Under the pieces are notes generated by a model. The model searched no databases. It worked only from the letters and a program-made list of their open reading frames with translations, and was not told the origin of the DNA. 64,000 nucleotides of DNA, from the IMG/VR virus record IMGVR_UViG_3300012943_000028, positions 240,642 through 304,641 of that record. One strand, 5' to 3'. Position 1 is the first letter of the stretch, and every line of letters begins with the position of its first letter. The DNA comes from a virus. Its lineage: Duplodnaviria; Heunggongvirae; Uroviricota; Caudoviricetes. Below are positions 17,058-26,495 of the stretch, piece by piece. The position numbers were made by a program, and so were the translations under genes.

Positions 17058-17834
17058 TTACGAGTCTCTACCGTAGTACCTTGGTGATCCACGTTGTTCT
17101 GGTGATGCTGGTGGCGTGTAGATTTTATGTTCAAGCTCAAAGCATTTTTCAAAGTCTGCAATTGGATCAAGGTGCTGCGTTTCAGGTCTGAGAATAGCGT
17201 ACATGCCAACAGTCGCAACACCTATGTTTATTCCACGCTCCATCAAGAATTTGCCAAGCCCGAGATTTGGATTCTTGAGATGGTCCTTCAGCGACCAAAA
17301 GTATTGAGTTGCGGTGTCCATGATCTGCGCAGGCGCAGCCCAAAATACATCGTCCATGACCATCGCCTCTGGCGGCCGCCACTCACCATTTTCCATGATG
17401 AAAGCGTTTTCGTTCATCGCCTGCTCGACAATGGTGGATAGGAGCTTATATCTTGGGAAGATGATATCAGGCCGCATCTTGACAACAGCATCATACTTCA
17501 CGTTGTTCGATGTCTCGTACTGACGCCTAAACTCTACGCTCTTCATCCAAGAGTAGTAGAGCGCAATCGGTGCGTTCATGCTGCCATGCATGTTTAGAGC
17601 CCTAGCGTTTTCGGCAATGAACACCTTTGGCTTAAGTAGTTCAACGTACCGTGAAATAATTGCAGTAGGCACGACCTCCTCATCTACATCCGACAACGCA
17701 TATCGCCTGTTCGTGTTTGTTGTCCACGTATGAACGAAAAAGTCGATGTCCATATCACCGAAGAACAGCTGCTGGTTTTCTAGCGCCTTCAGGCAGGTAC
17801 GAAGCTGGCCGCTAAAGCAAACTGCGACCTTCAT
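17058..17834 (-). CDS. CxSGQxRT-family protein paralog 1 (unassigned family; possible glycosyltransferase)
   Basis: N-terminal MKVAVCFSGQLRT...FFVHTW; the same architecture as 24848..25642 and 25629..26393. Confidence 0.5.
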   Translation of the reverse strand: MKVAVCFSGQLRTCLKALENQQLFFGDMDIDFFVHTWTTNTNRRYALSDVDEEVVPTAIISRYVELLKPKVFIAENARALNMHGSMNAPIALYYSWMKSVEFRRQYETSNNVKYDAVVKMRPDIIFPRYKLLSTIVEQAMNENAFIMENGEWRPPEAMVMDDVFWAAPAQIMDTATQYFWSLKDHLKNPNLGLGKFLMERGINIGVATVGMYAILRPETQHLDPIADFEKCFELEHKIYTPPASPEQRGSPRYYGRDS

Positions 17835-18841
17835 ACCGTATAGCGATCAAGAAGCTGGAACACGCGCCTCTCTACGTGTTCCTGAAAGTCCTCATGGTCG
17901 TTGATCTTCTCAACGAGGCTTAGGTATTCAGGGTCAGTGAAGTGATAGTGCCCAGCGCAGATCAGCTTGTCGTATGTAGAGAAGGCAGGACCATATTCCC
18001 ACTTCTTCCATTTGCCTGAAGCGGCAACGTGGTCCGTGAAAGCATTCAACCCATCAACAAATCCACAGCGCATTGCTAGATCAACAAGCACCTGAGTCTG
18101 GGCGGCACCGAACTCTGGAGCTACATTGATAGCGTGAACACCAATCGTCTTTCTGTGCTGTACCTCCGCATCACTAATGTAATCAGCGTTGTGCTCCTTT
18201 AGCTTCACCCCATATTTCTCAGCGATGCTGACGAGCTGCTTGACAACCTCTGGGCTAAATGAACCGACCTGCTGGTGGCTCTTTACGAGTGATCCAGTCT
18301 GACCAACAACGTAGCGTGGCATTAGAACGCCTGGATACAGAGATGTGATGAAGCGTACGTCGCTTTCAAACTTTTCAACGCTGACAGCCGTTCCAATGTT
18401 CTCTTCGGTGCCAAACTCATACTCAAGCCACTTTGAACTGAGCATTGAAAGGGAGAACAGCTCTTCGGCGGCTGCATATGGGTCGGGTGCAGCAGATGTA
18501 TCAATGTGAATCAGGTCCATCGCATACATGTCGGTGCTGAGGCTTTGTTTAGTGCGCTCCATCGCCTCCTTGTATGACATGCCCTTTTCTATGTCGTTAA
18601 GGAATGGGCCACAGTGATCACGACACAGCATCACGTGTCCGTCTGGGTCTCTCTCACGAACGTATTGGGCGAAAGTTCTGGTATTGAAGGCACCAACATA
18701 ACCACCACCAAGCTCTGCGCACTCTATCTGGTTGCGTGATGCGATCAGCATGAGCTGGATATTTTTGTGGCGCGCATATTTGATCACAGCGTCGATGATC
18801 TCAACGCTCATTGGTCCTACGCCAACTTCTAGCTTTTTCAT
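17831..18841 (-). CDS. GatZ/KbaZ-family protein (tagatose-bisphosphate aldolase accessory / tagatose-6-phosphate kinase family)
   Basis: ASRNQIECAELGGGYVGAFNTRTFAQYV and CRDHCGPF parallel the GatZ [24 protein letters not shown] and GGDHLGPN regions. Confidence 0.7.
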   Translation of the reverse strand: MKKLEVGVGPMSVEIIDAVIKYARHKNIQLMLIASRNQIECAELGGGYVGAFNTRTFAQYVRERDPDGHVMLCRDHCGPFLNDIEKGMSYKEAMERTKQSLSTDMYAMDLIHIDTSAAPDPYAAAEELFSLSMLSSKWLEYEFGTEENIGTAVSVEKFESDVRFITSLYPGVLMPRYVVGQTGSLVKSHQQVGSFSPEVVKQLVSIAEKYGVKLKEHNADYISDAEVQHRKTIGVHAINVAPEFGAAQTQVLVDLAMRCGFVDGLNAFTDHVAASGKWKKWEYGPAFSTYDKLICAGHYHFTDPEYLSLVEKINDHEDFQEHVERRVFQLLDRYTV

Positions 18842-19299
18842 TCGAGAATCCCCTTGAGGTAGAGGCATGCATCAAGCACTGCACCTTGTCCAGCCTTCGA
18901 CGTAGTAACGAAGTCACTTGCCCAACGTGCCTCCTGTCTTGCAGAGACCGGGCAGATACCAAGAGCAACTGCCTCAAGAACAGGTGCATCGTAGTAGCCA
19001 TCGCCCATGTAGGCAACGCTGTCGAGGCCCAGTCCAGCAACAAAGCCGAGCCTGTCCTGTTCAGATACAAGCGACAGCTTGAAACCGAGGTCGTCCTCAA
19101 TGCGGCGCTTCGTGATCTCAAAACCACGGTGGTCGGCTGTGATGAACTGGATGTTGATCATGTCCTTGATCATCTTTAGACCGTCAGCATCGTGCGGGCC
19201 AAATACCTTGGCCACCTTACCTTCAGCCGTGTAGACGAACGTGCCATCAGTCATGACACCGTCGACGTCAAGGACGAAGTGCTTGAGCTTGTCTTTCAT
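18838..19299 (-). CDS. HAD phosphatase of the KdsC/NeuAc-9-P phosphatase subfamily
   Basis: FVLDVDGVMTDG motif and ~150 aa size match KdsC-type sugar-acid phosphate phosphatases. Confidence 0.7.
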   Translation of the reverse strand: MKDKLKHFVLDVDGVMTDGTFVYTAEGKVAKVFGPHDADGLKMIKDMINIQFITADHRGFEITKRRIEDDLGFKLSLVSEQDRLGFVAGLGLDSVAYMGDGYYDAPVLEAVALGICPVSARQEARWASDFVTTSKAGQGAVLDACLYLKGILE

Positions 19300-20092
19300 T
19301 GAAGGCCTCTGTCATTGCATTTACCGGTGCTGGTGTGCCGGTGTAAAGTCCAAATTGTTCCATGGCACCGTACAGCGCCATGATTGAGCCGTTGAAAGCA
19401 GGTATCCCAAGCTTTCTTGCAGTAATCACCGTAGGGGAATCATTCACTCCGAGATCGAGAAGCTTGTGCGTTCTCAGCAGCTCGATACCAAGCAGCTCAC
19501 CATTCATACCAACTGGGGTGCAGTTGATCATGGTGCCGTAGATGTCTTCTGCCCAAAGTTCATCGTGAGTTTCCCTGTTCCACTTTTCCTCAATGAAGGA
19601 ATCTTTGGATGGGTCTTTGATTCTACCTCGCACCCACACAGAAACATCGCTGTAAGCGCTAAGGCACTCGAGCACCGCCCTAGCCGCACCACCAGAACCG
19701 AAGACGTGTATCTTGTCGCCAAGCTTGACGTCAGCTACATCGAGCAGTTTTGAAAATCCAATCAGGTCAGTGTTGTAGCCGTAGAGCTTGCCATTTCGAT
19801 TGACGACTGTATTTACCGCCCCAATTTTGACAGCTGAATCATCAATCCAATCGAGGTAGTCTAGGACCTCAACCTTGAATGGCATTGAGATGCTGGCACC
19901 ACGAATGTCGAAGGTCTTCATCTGCAGCATGGCGCGCTTGATGTTGTCTTCTGAGCAGGCAAGGTACTTGAAGTCTAGACCACGTGCCTTGTAGCCGGCA
20001 CTATGGACCGTCATTCCTAGATTTCCAGGGTTCGAGCTCAGTGAAATACAGAGCTCAGATTTCCCAGCCATTTTAACTGCTTCAAGCAAGTT
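19268..20092 (-). CDS. shikimate/quinate dehydrogenase-like oxidoreductase (AroE fold)
   Basis: ISMPFKVEV...GAVNTVV...GYNTDLIGF parallels the AroE motifs (NVTvPfK, avNT, GyNTDg.G); Rossmann GSGGAARA. Confidence 0.6.
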   Translation of the reverse strand, partial: NLLEAVKMAGKSELCISLSSNPGNLGMTVHSAGYKARGLDFKYLACSEDNIKRAMLQMKTFDIRGASISMPFKVEVLDYLDWIDDSAVKIGAVNTVVNRNGKLYGYNTDLIGFSKLLDVADVKLGDKIHVFGSGGAARAVLECLSAYSDVSVWVRGRIKDPSKDSFIEEKWNRETHDELWAEDIYGTMINCTPVGMNGELLGIELLRTHKLLDLGVNDSPTVITARKLGIPAFNGSIMALYGAMEQFGLYTGTPAPVNAMTEAFNERQAQALRP

Positions 20093-21596
20093 CATTGAGT
20101 CTCTCCAGTGCCAAGCTGAAAAGCAGCTTGTCAAATGGGGCAGCGTGCAGTGGCGCCATGTTTAGGAAGATGATGGTAGTAATCTGATCAATGAGTGGGC
20201 TAGGGAAACGCTGTCTAAGGCTCGCGGCCAGCTCATCATGATGGCGGCTGTGGTAAAAGTTGAACCATACGCTGTCACCGTTCTCATCGAACATGAAGCG
20301 GTTCTGCTTGACTGTTGAGTAGTCAAGTATGATTCCACCTAGAAGCTTTGCGGCGTCATAGTACAGGTCTCCAACGAGTAGCTCACCAGCAAAGTCCTGT
20401 CGCCAGTCGAGCAGCGTAAATGAAGGGCCCTGCGTATCCGGGAATGAGCACACAATGTTGTCGAACTGTAGATCACCATGGATGAAGGTCGAGCGCTGTT
20501 CGAGGTCGCTGTTGCAGATGCTCTTCCAATCTATCAGCTGAAGCGCGTTGTCAATGTCAACCTTCATTCGGTTTCCATTGATGAACTTTGGGTTGAAGTT
20601 TGGGTATTTCTCCCTGAACATCGCTAGGCGCTTCATCGTCTTCGTGTGATAGAAGTCGGTGCAGTGGGAGGCAGCTAACTGCCGTCCGAGGTTGTGCCAT
20701 ACGCGAAAGTCTAGGAACGCTAGCAGCTCATCAAAGATGTGAGCGTCAATAATTGGGTAGAGCGTCTGACCAGAAACGAACTTGTAAGTGTAGAAGCGTT
20801 CCTTATGCTTCACGATCTTTGGGAAGATGCCTGGAGAGTATGCGGCTCTACGCACACGATCTTCTGCGATCTCGTGGTTCTTGAACCACTTAATGACGTT
20901 GTCACCAACTATCCACAAGAACTCATCTGTCTTTGAGAAGTCGTATGGAGAGTTCTGAAGGTAAAAGCGCTGGTACTTTTCAAACGTGCCGAGGTCTACC
21001 CACTTGAGCGGGAACCCATGAACGTCAAGCCCTGACCATCCAGATGAGAGCTCTACATCACCAAGGTTGGCCCAAAACTGGTCCGTGTCTTTGATGTAGA
21101 AGGCACCATTGACGGCGAGACCTGAATCACAGTAGCGCTTGTCAACGATCTTCGTAATCCGGCCGTCGTACATCTCAACGTTGCAGTATGCTGGTGAGTC
21201 TGCTACGTCGACGTTGGATACACCAACGTAGTTCTTATCCGTTGGGATATCGTTAAGCCCTTCGTAGTAGGCATCGCAGGCGATCAGATAGAATGGTCCG
21301 CTGATCACACGATGACAGCGACGAAGGGAATGAGCTGGTCCAGAGTTTGGACCATCGTAGTTGTTGACCAACACGAATGAGAACTTCGTGTTCGGATGTG
21401 CGAGCTCTAGATACGTTCTAACGTCTTGACTGAGGAACCCAAGCGCAACCACGAACTGCGTTGAGCTGTCAAACTGCTCAATGATGTGAGAGATGATTGC
21501 CTTGTCGTTGACAGGAAGCAGTGTCTTGTTGATGACGCCAGCATACTTGCCCATGCGGCTGCCAATACCAGCGGTAAGAAGAACGACGGTCTTCAT
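20082..21596 (-). CDS. bifunctional sugar-phosphate nucleotidyltransferase / APH-family kinase
   Basis: N-terminal VLLTAGIGSRMG nucleotidyltransferase signature. C-terminal IHGDLQFDNIV is the HGDxxxxN motif of aminoglycoside/choline/sugar kinases. The layout resembles LicC-LicA or HddC-HddA type sugar-activation pairs. Confidence 0.75.
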   Translation of the reverse strand: MKTVVLLTAGIGSRMGKYAGVINKTLLPVNDKAIISHIIEQFDSSTQFVVALGFLSQDVRTYLELAHPNTKFSFVLVNNYDGPNSGPAHSLRRCHRVISGPFYLIACDAYYEGLNDIPTDKNYVGVSNVDVADSPAYCNVEMYDGRITKIVDKRYCDSGLAVNGAFYIKDTDQFWANLGDVELSSGWSGLDVHGFPLKWVDLGTFEKYQRFYLQNSPYDFSKTDEFLWIVGDNVIKWFKNHEIAEDRVRRAAYSPGIFPKIVKHKERFYTYKFVSGQTLYPIIDAHIFDELLAFLDFRVWHNLGRQLAASHCTDFYHTKTMKRLAMFREKYPNFNPKFINGNRMKVDIDNALQLIDWKSICNSDLEQRSTFIHGDLQFDNIVCSFPDTQGPSFTLLDWRQDFAGELLVGDLYYDAAKLLGGIILDYSTVKQNRFMFDENGDSVWFNFYHSRHHDELAASLRQRFPSPLIDQITTIIFLNMAPLHAAPFDKLLFSLALERLNELA

Positions 21597-22288
21597 TTGT
21601 GCTCGCTTTCAATCCTACCATTTCCACGGTTAGCATCGTCCTGAACACGAATGACATCATCAAGGTGCGGTGTCGACACCTCAAAGAGGTGGAGGTCAGT
21701 GTTAGCACGAAGACGGTGAATCGTGTTTGGCGTAACGTGCAGACAGACAGGACCATTGAAGCTGCTTTCACCGAGGTCTGCCTTGGTTACAGCATCGTTC
21801 TGTGCTTCACGGTTTGCCTTGAACACGAGCGTAACGTTGCCGCTCTCAATAAGGTTTGTCTCTTCCTTGAAGTTGTGGTACTGAAGGCTCGTCTGATTTC
21901 CAGCCTTGATGAAGATCTTCTTTGCACAGTACCTGTCATTGTCTTTAGTCAACCACAGCTCATAGCCCCAAGGCTTCACAACTTTGTAGTGAACACCAGC
22001 TCTGGTTATGGTGAGGTAGTTGAGCGGCGCATCGTGTGATGCTACCTGAGCAACGTATATTTGGCCGTTACCAATGAGAAGCACCTCACGGTTCTTGACG
22101 TCGATCGTATCACCAGCCTCTACCTTCAATTTGTCAGAGGCTATTGTAAATGAGCCGCTGATGACGTAGATCGTGCGCTCTACTTCACCAGCAAAATACA
22201 CCTCATCCTTCACGTTTGACGAGTAGAAGAGATACGCGCCGTTCGCATACACGTGATCGGCCGTTGTTGGTTGGAGTATCTTGATCAT
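21593..22288 (-). CDS. cupin-domain protein (phosphosugar isomerase-like)
   Basis: VVKPWGYELWL and a second cupin-like beta-barrel core (bicupin). Confidence 0.6.
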   Translation of the reverse strand: MIKILQPTTADHVYANGAYLFYSSNVKDEVYFAGEVERTIYVISGSFTIASDKLKVEAGDTIDVKNREVLLIGNGQIYVAQVASHDAPLNYLTITRAGVHYKVVKPWGYELWLTKDNDRYCAKKIFIKAGNQTSLQYHNFKEETNLIESGNVTLVFKANREAQNDAVTKADLGESSFNGPVCLHVTPNTIHRLRANTDLHLFEVSTPHLDDVIRVQDDANRGNGRIESEHK

Positions 22289-22369
22289 TTGTAGATGTAC
22301 GGGTCTCGTTTACGAATCTCTTTCATCTTCTTCCAGTATCGAATCTTCGAGCGGATTCGATAGATGATG

Positions 22370-23164
22370 TCACGGAAGAACTGCATGATCGTCTCCTAAA
22401 ATACCACGTGCCTTGAGTTCCTGCACCATGTGATCCGCCCATGCAACATGTGTGCTTGGTGTAGGGTGAATGCACTTGGTCAGTTCCAGCTTGTTGTCAT
22501 ACACCCACTTCATGCATGACTCGTTGAGGTTCATGATGCTAGTGTCGATGAGCTCTGGCAGCATGTGAGCGAGAGCCGGCTTGTATTCACCTTTCTTGTA
22601 CACAGCAAGCGATTCCAAGTTTGGAAGCGCCGAGAAGAACAGGAACTTTACACCCTGCGTTCTCAGGAAGGACTTGAGCATCACAACCTGCTTGAGAAAG
22701 GTGTCCATCGCCGAATAGAACTCGTACACTTCAGCCACAAACATCTGGTGATATTTATCGAGCTGGCGGGCCTTCTCTTCAGTCATTGAATAGCCAGAGC
22801 CGCTGTAGAAGCCGCTGTACATAGAAAATGGCTGTGCTGCGTTGAATCTGAACCAACGATCTGATGGGTCGGCGGCCTTGCGCTCGAAACCCTCGACGTA
22901 AATTTCACCACGCTCAATCGTTGACCAGCCAATGATGACCAGGAGGTTCTTCCTTTCCTCTGGCGGAAGGTTGAGCACGTAGTCGATCGTCATTCTGTAC
23001 ATGCGCGCATTGCTGCCGCCGCCCGCTGCCTGGTTGACATGTGTGATGTTTAGCTTACGAGCTAGAACGGTTGGCCAGCAATGGTCGCGAACCTTACCAC
23101 CCCATGCGGCTGTGCCATCACCGTTCGCCCAGCTGCATCCGTTTGTGTAGAGCTTGTTGATCAT
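22370..23164 (-). CDS. SGNH/GDSL-like hydrolase paralog 2
   Basis: LYTNGCSWANGDG N-terminal block I-like motif; similar to 23949..24848. Confidence 0.5.
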   Translation of the reverse strand: MINKLYTNGCSWANGDGTAAWGGKVRDHCWPTVLARKLNITHVNQAAGGGSNARMYRMTIDYVLNLPPEERKNLLVIIGWSTIERGEIYVEGFERKAADPSDRWFRFNAAQPFSMYSGFYSGSGYSMTEEKARQLDKYHQMFVAEVYEFYSAMDTFLKQVVMLKSFLRTQGVKFLFFSALPNLESLAVYKKGEYKPALAHMLPELIDTSIMNLNESCMKWVYDNKLELTKCIHPTPSTHVAWADHMVQELKARGILGDDHAVLP

Positions 23165-23952
23165 TTGACTAGCTTCCTGTAGAGCTCTTCAGCAACAATC
23201 GCGTGCGCTTCTTCAGATGCGTGCATGCTGCCGATCTTGTCTGGATATTTCTGTGAGAGGCCGAACCAGTTCATTGAGTGAATCTCATCAGCCGGCACGA
23301 GGTCAAGCAGCAGTGGATCATTAGAAAGAATGACGCACTTGATGCCACGCTTCTTTGCGTAGAGGTATGACTTGAGTAGCACACCAACGTCGTAGTTGCG
23401 CTTGATGTCACCGTTTAGAATTTCGACGTAGTACTGACACATGCGCTTGAGCTTCTCAATCGGCTCAGTGTGTAGGCGCTTATAGTAGTGAATGGCGCCC
23501 TGCACATTGGAGCTCTTTTCTCTCTCACGCACCTTGATGTAGTCATCGATACCACCTACCTGTTCCGTGAGGAGACAAGGATCATACTCGCTCTTGTTCA
23601 GGAAGTGATGGTCGAATGGGTTCTTGTTTGCCTCTGGATTGTGGTGTGGTGGGTAGAGATGGTAGTTGATGTGCCGTGCCTCAAGTGGGAATCGCTGTGT
23701 CTTACCCTCCTCGATCCACTCAATACGGTCATAGCTCGTGGTGCCGATGACGATGAGGTCGGGTTTTGGGTCCATCCTTGCAGCGTACTCTACTTGAAGG
23801 TGGACGGCAAAGTTGCTTGCGCTTCCTCTTGCGAGCGTTACGAGCTCTGCTCCGAGCTTCTGCGCAAGCAGCACACCGTACGGCTGTGTCTGAAGGTCCA
23901 GCACGCCGATGCCACAGTTGAAGCTGTCACCGCATACGACTATCTTCTTCAC
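23161..23952 (-). CDS. SGNH/GDSL-like hydrolase paralog 3
   Basis: IVVCGDSFNCGIGV contains the GDS(F) block I motif. Confidence 0.55.
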   Translation of the reverse strand: MKKIVVCGDSFNCGIGVLDLQTQPYGVLLAQKLGAELVTLARGSASNFAVHLQVEYAARMDPKPDLIVIGTTSYDRIEWIEEGKTQRFPLEARHINYHLYPPHHNPEANKNPFDHHFLNKSEYDPCLLTEQVGGIDDYIKVREREKSSNVQGAIHYYKRLHTEPIEKLKRMCQYYVEILNGDIKRNYDVGVLLKSYLYAKKRGIKCVILSNDPLLLDLVPADEIHSMNWFGLSQKYPDKIGSMHASEEAHAIVAEELYRKLVK

Positions 23953-24848
23953 TTGAACTTCCTCTCATAGAGATGGTTTGCCCAAGCCTCGTGGCTCTCA
24001 GGGCTTGGGTGCATGTTGATCATTCGAATTGGCTTAGGCACGTTCTCATCGATGAACGACTTGAAGGACCTGAAGTCCAGCTTGTCCAAGAACACATCAT
24101 CTGGAATGCTCTTCCACTGTGCACGAATCCTGTTGATGTCTTGACGGTTGTTCCATGCGCCATCAAGCCAACCATCGAATGGTTCTGCGTGCCAATTGTT
24201 GATCACCAACGAGAGATCACATGGTCTCCAATCATTGAGCGGTGACAGCTTGCCTTTCGGCATGTTTGGAACATAGAAGGAGTTGAAGAAGACGTGCTGG
24301 ATGGCGTTGCTCTTGAGGTAGGTGTGCAGCTGGAAATTCTGCTCAACGAAGCGAGTGATGGCCTCACGCTCATTCCACAGGTGCTGGATGTAGAACTTTG
24401 AGAAGCGCTTCATGACGTCAAGCTTGTAGTACTCATCTTGGATCATGGCTGGCCAGATGGTGTACTGATGAAGCTTGTCGTCAAACCCTTCTATTAGAAT
24501 GTTCTTTCGCTCAAGGCTCGACCAACCAACCACAACAACAAGCTCTGCCGGATCACCACCCTCTGACAGGTACTTCATCACCCAACCCATCGTGCTGTTG
24601 AAGATGGTGTCATTGCTCCTTGCGGGCCAGCTAATGTTGACTGACTTGTAACCGAGCTTGTTCGCAAGGTGCGTGGACCAAATCCTTGGCACTCGGTAGT
24701 AATCATTGTGCGGCTGACAGTCAAGCATGCCCGCCTTGAAGTTCTGAGTCATGCCTTCGCCCTTCTCTCCAGCAGGCACGAGCATGTGCGGGCCAGCTAT
24801 CTCGCTGCCAAATGCCCAGCTATCTCCATTTGTCAAGAGCGTCTTCAT
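23949..24848 (-). CDS. SGNH/GDSL-like hydrolase paralog 4
   Basis: LLTNGDSWAFGSE GDS motif; TAATG coupling to the upstream gene. Confidence 0.6.
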   Translation of the reverse strand: MKTLLTNGDSWAFGSEIAGPHMLVPAGEKGEGMTQNFKAGMLDCQPHNDYYRVPRIWSTHLANKLGYKSVNISWPARSNDTIFNSTMGWVMKYLSEGGDPAELVVVVGWSSLERKNILIEGFDDKLHQYTIWPAMIQDEYYKLDVMKRFSKFYIQHLWNEREAITRFVEQNFQLHTYLKSNAIQHVFFNSFYVPNMPKGKLSPLNDWRPCDLSLVINNWHAEPFDGWLDGAWNNRQDINRIRAQWKSIPDDVFLDKLDFRSFKSFIDENVPKPIRMINMHPSPESHEAWANHLYERKFK

Positions 24849-25642
24849 TAGAAATTCCTATATGCGTCTCTAAGGGCTTCATGGTCTAACGGCCAGTTGA
24901 GGTGCTCTGTACCCAGTCGAACTACAAAAGGTCCGATGTTGCGTGGTATGTCAACCATCTTGATGCACTTGTCGTTGACCCACTTGTACAGCATTACACC
25001 TACACCATAACGATCTAGCGTTGGGTTTCTTGTGCTGTTGTAGTTGTGTAAAGCATGGAAACGACGGTTGCTGTAGTAGTGCCAAAACCCATCAATCATC
25101 GTCATCACACGACTGCTACCATAGTAGAAGATGTCATCGATGCATGGCTGTCGATATTCAAACGCAAACGAATTGCGTGAACAGTAAACGGTGTCTGGCT
25201 CGATGACGTCAGGTATCGTGAGATCAACGTATGCGTGAGGTGAACACGCAAAGTCAAAGCGCACATGGTAGACCATGTCGAATGACCTACCAGTTTCGAT
25301 CTCGTACTGTGTCTTGAGGTGCATTGACTTGGCGCTGCTTTTGAGCATCGCTGACCACGGAAGAACCTTTCCACCATTGATGAACTGGTGTATCTGCTCA
25401 TCTATTATGAGGCGCTCAAAATTGAATGCAGCCTGCAGCTCTTCACGAAGTGTTTCTACACAGAGCTTTTCAGTAGTTCCAGGATGATCACTGCTAGCCC
25501 GCCAGGTATTTTCGTCCCACGTATGGCCAAAGAACTTCACATCAGCCTTAAGACTGTTGAAGAAGCGCTTGATAGCCGGTAGAGCCGTCTTCCACGTACG
25601 GCTCTGTCCGCTCATGCACACTGCGATGCTATACTGTTTCAT
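24848..25642 (-). CDS. CxSGQxRT-family protein paralog 2
   Basis: Internal start MKQYSIAVCMSGQSRT...FFGHTW aligns with the other two paralogs. The ORF-track N-terminal extension overlaps the upstream paralog. Confidence 0.5.
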   Translation of the reverse strand: MKQYSIAVCMSGQSRTWKTALPAIKRFFNSLKADVKFFGHTWDENTWRASSDHPGTTEKLCVETLREELQAAFNFERLIIDEQIHQFINGGKVLPWSAMLKSSAKSMHLKTQYEIETGRSFDMVYHVRFDFACSPHAYVDLTIPDVIEPDTVYCSRNSFAFEYRQPCIDDIFYYGSSRVMTMIDGFWHYYSNRRFHALHNYNSTRNPTLDRYGVGVMLYKWVNDKCIKMVDIPRNIGPFVVRLGTEHLNWPLDHEALRDAYRNF

Positions 25643-26393
25643 ACTGCTCCAGCTTTCCAGCTCGTGCAAGATGCTCAGCATCACGCATGATCTTGAAGTC
25701 AATGTGTGGTAGCGGAACATTGTCTACGCCGATTGAAGCGCAGTAGTAGAAGAGCGCAAGCTCTGGTGGAAAGATTGGCTCACTAGGCATCACAGACAGC
25801 GCGTCGATATACCTAAAGCTGTCATAGAACATGGCGATGTGGTCATACGTCAGGCTGTCCGACATGAAGAAGATGTCACCAATGCGCATCACGCCATTCG
25901 TTGCATCGATGGAATTGTGAACAGAATGGATAGTCGATGGCAGCATAGTGTCTGCACGCACTGGTGATGTGAACCCACCAGAAAAGAAAAGGTCGGACCG
26001 CAGTCTGACAACAACATCATACTCGAAGTCGTTTTCCATCTCGTGCTCGCGCTTCAGCGTGGCTGCACGCCACAGGCTGTAGAACTGCTCATGAGCAAAC
26101 CATGAGACGACGTTTGTTGGGCCAGTCTGCGAGACGTCCTTCTTGCTCTCGAACAAGAACTTCTTCGGCTTCAAGGTGCTGACGATGCGAGCCTTCTCAT
26201 CTTCAGACAGCGGAATTTCCTTAGGCCTACCGTCTATGAACTCAGCCCTTAGCTGAGGATGACTGTTGTAATCCCACAGGTGGAAGAACAGGTCAACCTC
26301 GCCCATGTTTCCTAGGGCTTGATACCATGAGGCATAGCACTTTTCCCAAGTGCGGGCTTGACCACTGAGGCAGAAGGCGATTCTTGAAGTCAT
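25629..26393 (-). CDS. CxSGQxRT-family protein paralog 3
   Basis: MTSRIAFCLSGQART...LFFHLWD; shared YD.VV..R.D..F central block. Confidence 0.5.
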   Translation of the reverse strand: MTSRIAFCLSGQARTWEKCYASWYQALGNMGEVDLFFHLWDYNSHPQLRAEFIDGRPKEIPLSEDEKARIVSTLKPKKFLFESKKDVSQTGPTNVVSWFAHEQFYSLWRAATLKREHEMENDFEYDVVVRLRSDLFFSGGFTSPVRADTMLPSTIHSVHNSIDATNGVMRIGDIFFMSDSLTYDHIAMFYDSFRYIDALSVMPSEPIFPPELALFYYCASIGVDNVPLPHIDFKIMRDAEHLARAGKLEQYETV

Positions 26394-26436
26394 GATGGCA
26401 GCTGTGATGTGATGCCATATTTATTGCCTTGCCCGA

Positions 26437-26470
26437 GGCAAAAAGAAGGGCCCTACATCGAGGGCCCTTC
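26437..26470 (-). terminator. intrinsic terminator (minus strand)
   Basis: GC hairpin AAGGGCCC/GGGCCCTT with a 9-nt loop, followed on the minus strand by TTCTTTTTGCC. Lies after gene 26496..26894. Confidence 0.5.
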
Positions 26471-26495
26471 CTATCGACCAGGCGGACGCTGAAAG

